This document shows, one piece after another, positions 4,024 through 5,894 of a stretch of 5,894 bases of DNA. A program made the position numbers and the translations under genes. Position 1 is the first letter of the stretch. Each line of letters starts with the position of its first letter. A model generated the notes under the pieces. It ran no database searches. It had not been told where the DNA came from and was given only the letters and a program-made list of their open reading frames with translations. The stretch comes from a virus, in the IMG/VR virus record IMGVR_UViG_3300045988_034719, positions 1 through 5,894 of that record; one strand, 5' to 3'.

Positions 4024-5697
4024 ATGGAACGACCACGAAGCAAATTTGACAGAAGCCATCAGCTACTGACAACCATCAACGAAGGCGATCTGGTGCCCAT
4101 CTACTGCGATGAAGTGCTTCCGGGTGATACAGCACGTGTACGCCTGAACGGACTTATCCGTATGAGTACGCCCATCTATCCGGTGATGGATAACGCATAC
4201 ATGGACACATATTTCTTCTTTGTTCCATGCCGTCTGCTGTGGGAACACTGGGAGAACATGTTCGGCGAGAATGACACCGACTACTGGGCGCAAAAGATGG
4301 AATACAGCACACCCAAATGCGAAATTGGTGGGGAGAGCGGACTTAACAACGGCAGCATTGGCGACTATTTCGGACTGCCTACCGGAGTAAAAAACAAAAT
4401 CAGAGTGAACGCGCTGCCAGCACGCGCCTACGCCATGATATATAACGAATGGTTTAGAGATGAAAATATTGAAGCGCCGTTAATGTTAGGGTACAAAAAA
4501 GAAGATAGCGGAGGAAAAGAAACAAATCCCGGGAACGCAACAAAAGATTACTACGCAAACAAACCAAAACTAACGACAAACACAAACGAAGCGATCTTAT
4601 ACGCACGACAACCGGCAAAGGTGGGAAAATTCCACGACTACTTCACATCCTGTCTTCCTACTCCGTTGAAAAATAACCCTGTTAACCCTGTGGAAATCAG
4701 CCTGACGGGAAATGCACCACTTAAACTAGGAGATATAAATGGTAAACCAATTCCAAGCCTAGAAACGGGCAATGGGCCAGAAATGGTAATAGCCGTGAAC
4801 CAAAATCTAAATACCCCGGGAACGTTAACTTACGCAAGAGCAACAGACAAAAAAGTAATGCAATTCACGGGAAAAAAGGATAACGAAATCGGCGGAGGCG
4901 GTTTTTTGTACACAGACCTCAGCGGAGTAAGCGCAATCAGCATTCAGGATTTGCGCATGGCTATTGCCTTGCAGCACATCTTTGAAGCAGATGCACGCAA
5001 CGGCACGCGCTACCGCGAGTTCCTTTCCGGCGCATGGGGCGTGACAAGTCCGGACAGCCGTTTACAGATTCCTGAATACATCGGCGGCCAACGCATCGCG
5101 ATCAATATCAACCAGGTTGTCCAGACGAGCCAGACAGACCCGACAACCAAACAGGCACTGGGCAATACGGCGGCATACAGTCTGACCACGTGCAGCAAGC
5201 AAATGGTGGACTATGCGGCGACCGAATACGGCTATATCATCGGTCTGGCAGTAGTGCGAGTAGAGCACAGTTACCAGCAGGGACTGGCAACCAAGTGGAC
5301 ACGTGGCGGGCGGTTCACCTACTACGACCCGAGACTAGCAGCACTGGGCGAGCAGCCGGTATATAACCGTGAAATCTATGCACAGGGCACAACCGAAGAT
5401 GACGAAATCTTTGGATATCAAGAGGCATGGGCGGATTACCGCTACAAGCCTTCCTACGTAACCGGAGAAATGAGATCCAATTACCAGACAAGTCTGGATG
5501 CATGGCACTATGCAGACGATTATAACGCTCTTCCGCGTCTCTCGGCAGAGTGGATCCAAGAGGGACAGGAGAACATCGACCGAACGATTGCAGTAACAAG
5601 CGCAAAAAGCCACCAATTCTTGTGTGACTTCTACTTCACAGAAGATTGGTATCGCGAAATGCCTATCTATAGCATCCCGGGCATCGAGAGAATCTAA
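4024..5697 (+). CDS. VP1: Microviridae major capsid protein VP1 (Phage_F family), 557 aa. An alternative GTG start lies at 4015.
   Basis: N-terminal RSKFDRSH....T.NEGDLVPIYCDEVLPGDT, plus LRMAIALQHIFEADARNGTRYREFLSGAWGV..PDSRLQIPEYIGG, are hallmark VP1/F motifs. No SD precedes either start. A 6-bp hairpin (4006..4011 / 4019..4024) spans the start region. Confidence 0.95.
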   Translation: MERPRSKFDRSHQLLTTINEGDLVPIYCDEVLPGDTARVRLNGLIRMSTPIYPVMDNAYMDTYFFFVPCRLLWEHWENMFGENDTDYWAQKMEYSTPKCEIGGESGLNNGSIGDYFGLPTGVKNKIRVNALPARAYAMIYNEWFRDENIEAPLMLGYKKEDSGGKETNPGNATKDYYANKPKLTTNTNEAILYARQPAKVGKFHDYFTSCLPTPLKNNPVNPVEISLTGNAPLKLGDINGKPIPSLETGNGPEMVIAVNQNLNTPGTLTYARATDKKVMQFTGKKDNEIGGGGFLYTDLSGVSAISIQDLRMAIALQHIFEADARNGTRYREFLSGAWGVTSPDSRLQIPEYIGGQRIAININQVVQTSQTDPTTKQALGNTAAYSLTTCSKQMVDYAATEYGYIIGLAVVRVEHSYQQGLATKWTRGGRFTYYDPRLAALGEQPVYNREIYAQGTTEDDEIFGYQEAWADYRYKPSYVTGEMRSNYQTSLDAWHYADDYNALPRLSAEWIQEGQENIDRTIAVTSAKSHQFLCDFYFTEDWYREMPIYSIPGIERI

Positions 5698-5707
5698 GAA
5701 AGGAGGA

Positions 5708-5733
5708 AGCCCCGCAAAAGCGGGGCTATTTTT
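5708..5733 (+). terminator. Rho-independent terminator between VP1 and VP2. It also acts as the hairpin bridging SD 5699..5706 to the VP2 ATG at 5736.
   Basis: agccccgc (5708..5715), loop aaaa, gcggggct (5720..5727), then atttttt... (tattttt to 5733). It lies 11 nt after the VP1 stop (5695..5697). Confidence 0.75.
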
Positions 5734-5735
5734 GA

Positions 5736-5894
5736 ATGGAAACATTATTAAGGTTTATGCCATACCTCATGCAAGGACTAAGCATGTTAACGGGCATCAT
5801 AACGAACAGCAACCAGAGCGGCGCCAAGAACAGCCAAGAAGCAGGCAGCGAGAGCAGCACAGGCAGCGAAAGCACAACCGGCAGTGTGACAGCA
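5736..5894 (+). CDS. VP2: VP2 (DNA pilot protein), 5' portion. It runs off the window end and continues at position 56 of the window (5840..5894 duplicates 1..55).
   Basis: The frame from ATG 5736 (METLLRFMPYLMQGLSMLTGIITNSNQSG..) is in frame with 2..757, since 5886 GTG equals 47 GTG. It has the hydrophobic N-terminus typical of VP2. An in-frame alternative ATG lies at 5757. Confidence 0.75.
   Translation, partial: METLLRFMPYLMQGLSMLTGIITNSNQSGAKNSQEAGSESSTGSESTTGSVTA
5840..5894. repeat. Terminal redundancy, right copy. Identical to 1..55.
   Basis: Same 55-nt string as 1..55. Implies a circular unit length of 5839 nt. Confidence 0.95.

Noticed and set aside
675-4050. Additional exact or near TTGACA hexamers at 675..680, 735..740 and 4045..4050 as internal promoters.
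   Set aside because: No acceptable -10 element lies at a 16-18 nt spacing in any of the three cases.
312-5745. All minus-strand ORFs in the track (312..801, 1587..1847, 2401..2640, 2895..3098, 3288..3551, 3582..4072, 4063..4293, 5010..5745).
   Set aside because: Each lies antisense to a motif-supported + strand gene. Translations are Cys/Phe/Leu/Arg-rich low complexity, the mirror image of A/G-rich sense codons, and no SDs were seen. Microviridae encode all genes on one strand.
1-5894. tRNA, rRNA, CRISPR array, integrase or transposase.
   Set aside because: No cloverleaf-compatible segments, no spaced identical repeats of CRISPR type (the TTCAACA units are 7 nt with irregular short spacing), and no ORF with recombinase motifs were seen.

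Overview
This window is a complete circular ssDNA phage genome of the family Microviridae, gokushovirus-like. It was linearised inside the VP2 gene and carries an exact 55-nt terminal redundancy (1..55 = 5840..5894), so the true unit length is 5839 nt. All supportable genes are on the + strand. The core genes are VP1 major capsid (4024..5697), VP2 DNA pilot protein (5736..end, wrapping to 2..757), VP4 HUH rolling-circle replication initiator (1081..2085), VP5-like protein (3338..3592), a putative VP3-like scaffold (3579..3998), and a 38-aa arginine-rich J/ORF8-like DNA-packaging protein (3063..3179) that the ORF track missed. Three things are unusual for a microvirus. (1) An A/T-rich accessory cassette lies between VP4 and VP5 (about 2190..3330). 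It has two near-consensus sigma70/sigmaA promoters, a zinc peptidase M15 (Peptidase_M15_3-type) candidate endolysin, and three tiny orphan ORFs, one behind a 13-nt perfect Shine-Dalgarno. (2) A roughly 320-nt non-coding region (758..1080) upstream of the rep gene holds nine same-strand TTCAACA iterons, a 21-bp perfect direct repeat, a small hairpin, an (ACT)n microsatellite and an 11-bp-stem hairpin. This is a candidate origin or regulatory region. (3) Strong SD sequences are separated from the VP2 and VP4 ATG codons by stable hairpins (structure-bridged RBS), and the VP2 hairpin also looks like an intrinsic terminator. Terminators bracket VP2. Frequent strong SD use and sigmaA-type promoters suggest a non-Bacteroidetes, possibly Firmicutes-like, host. 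All functional assignments come from motif recognition by eye; no searches were run.
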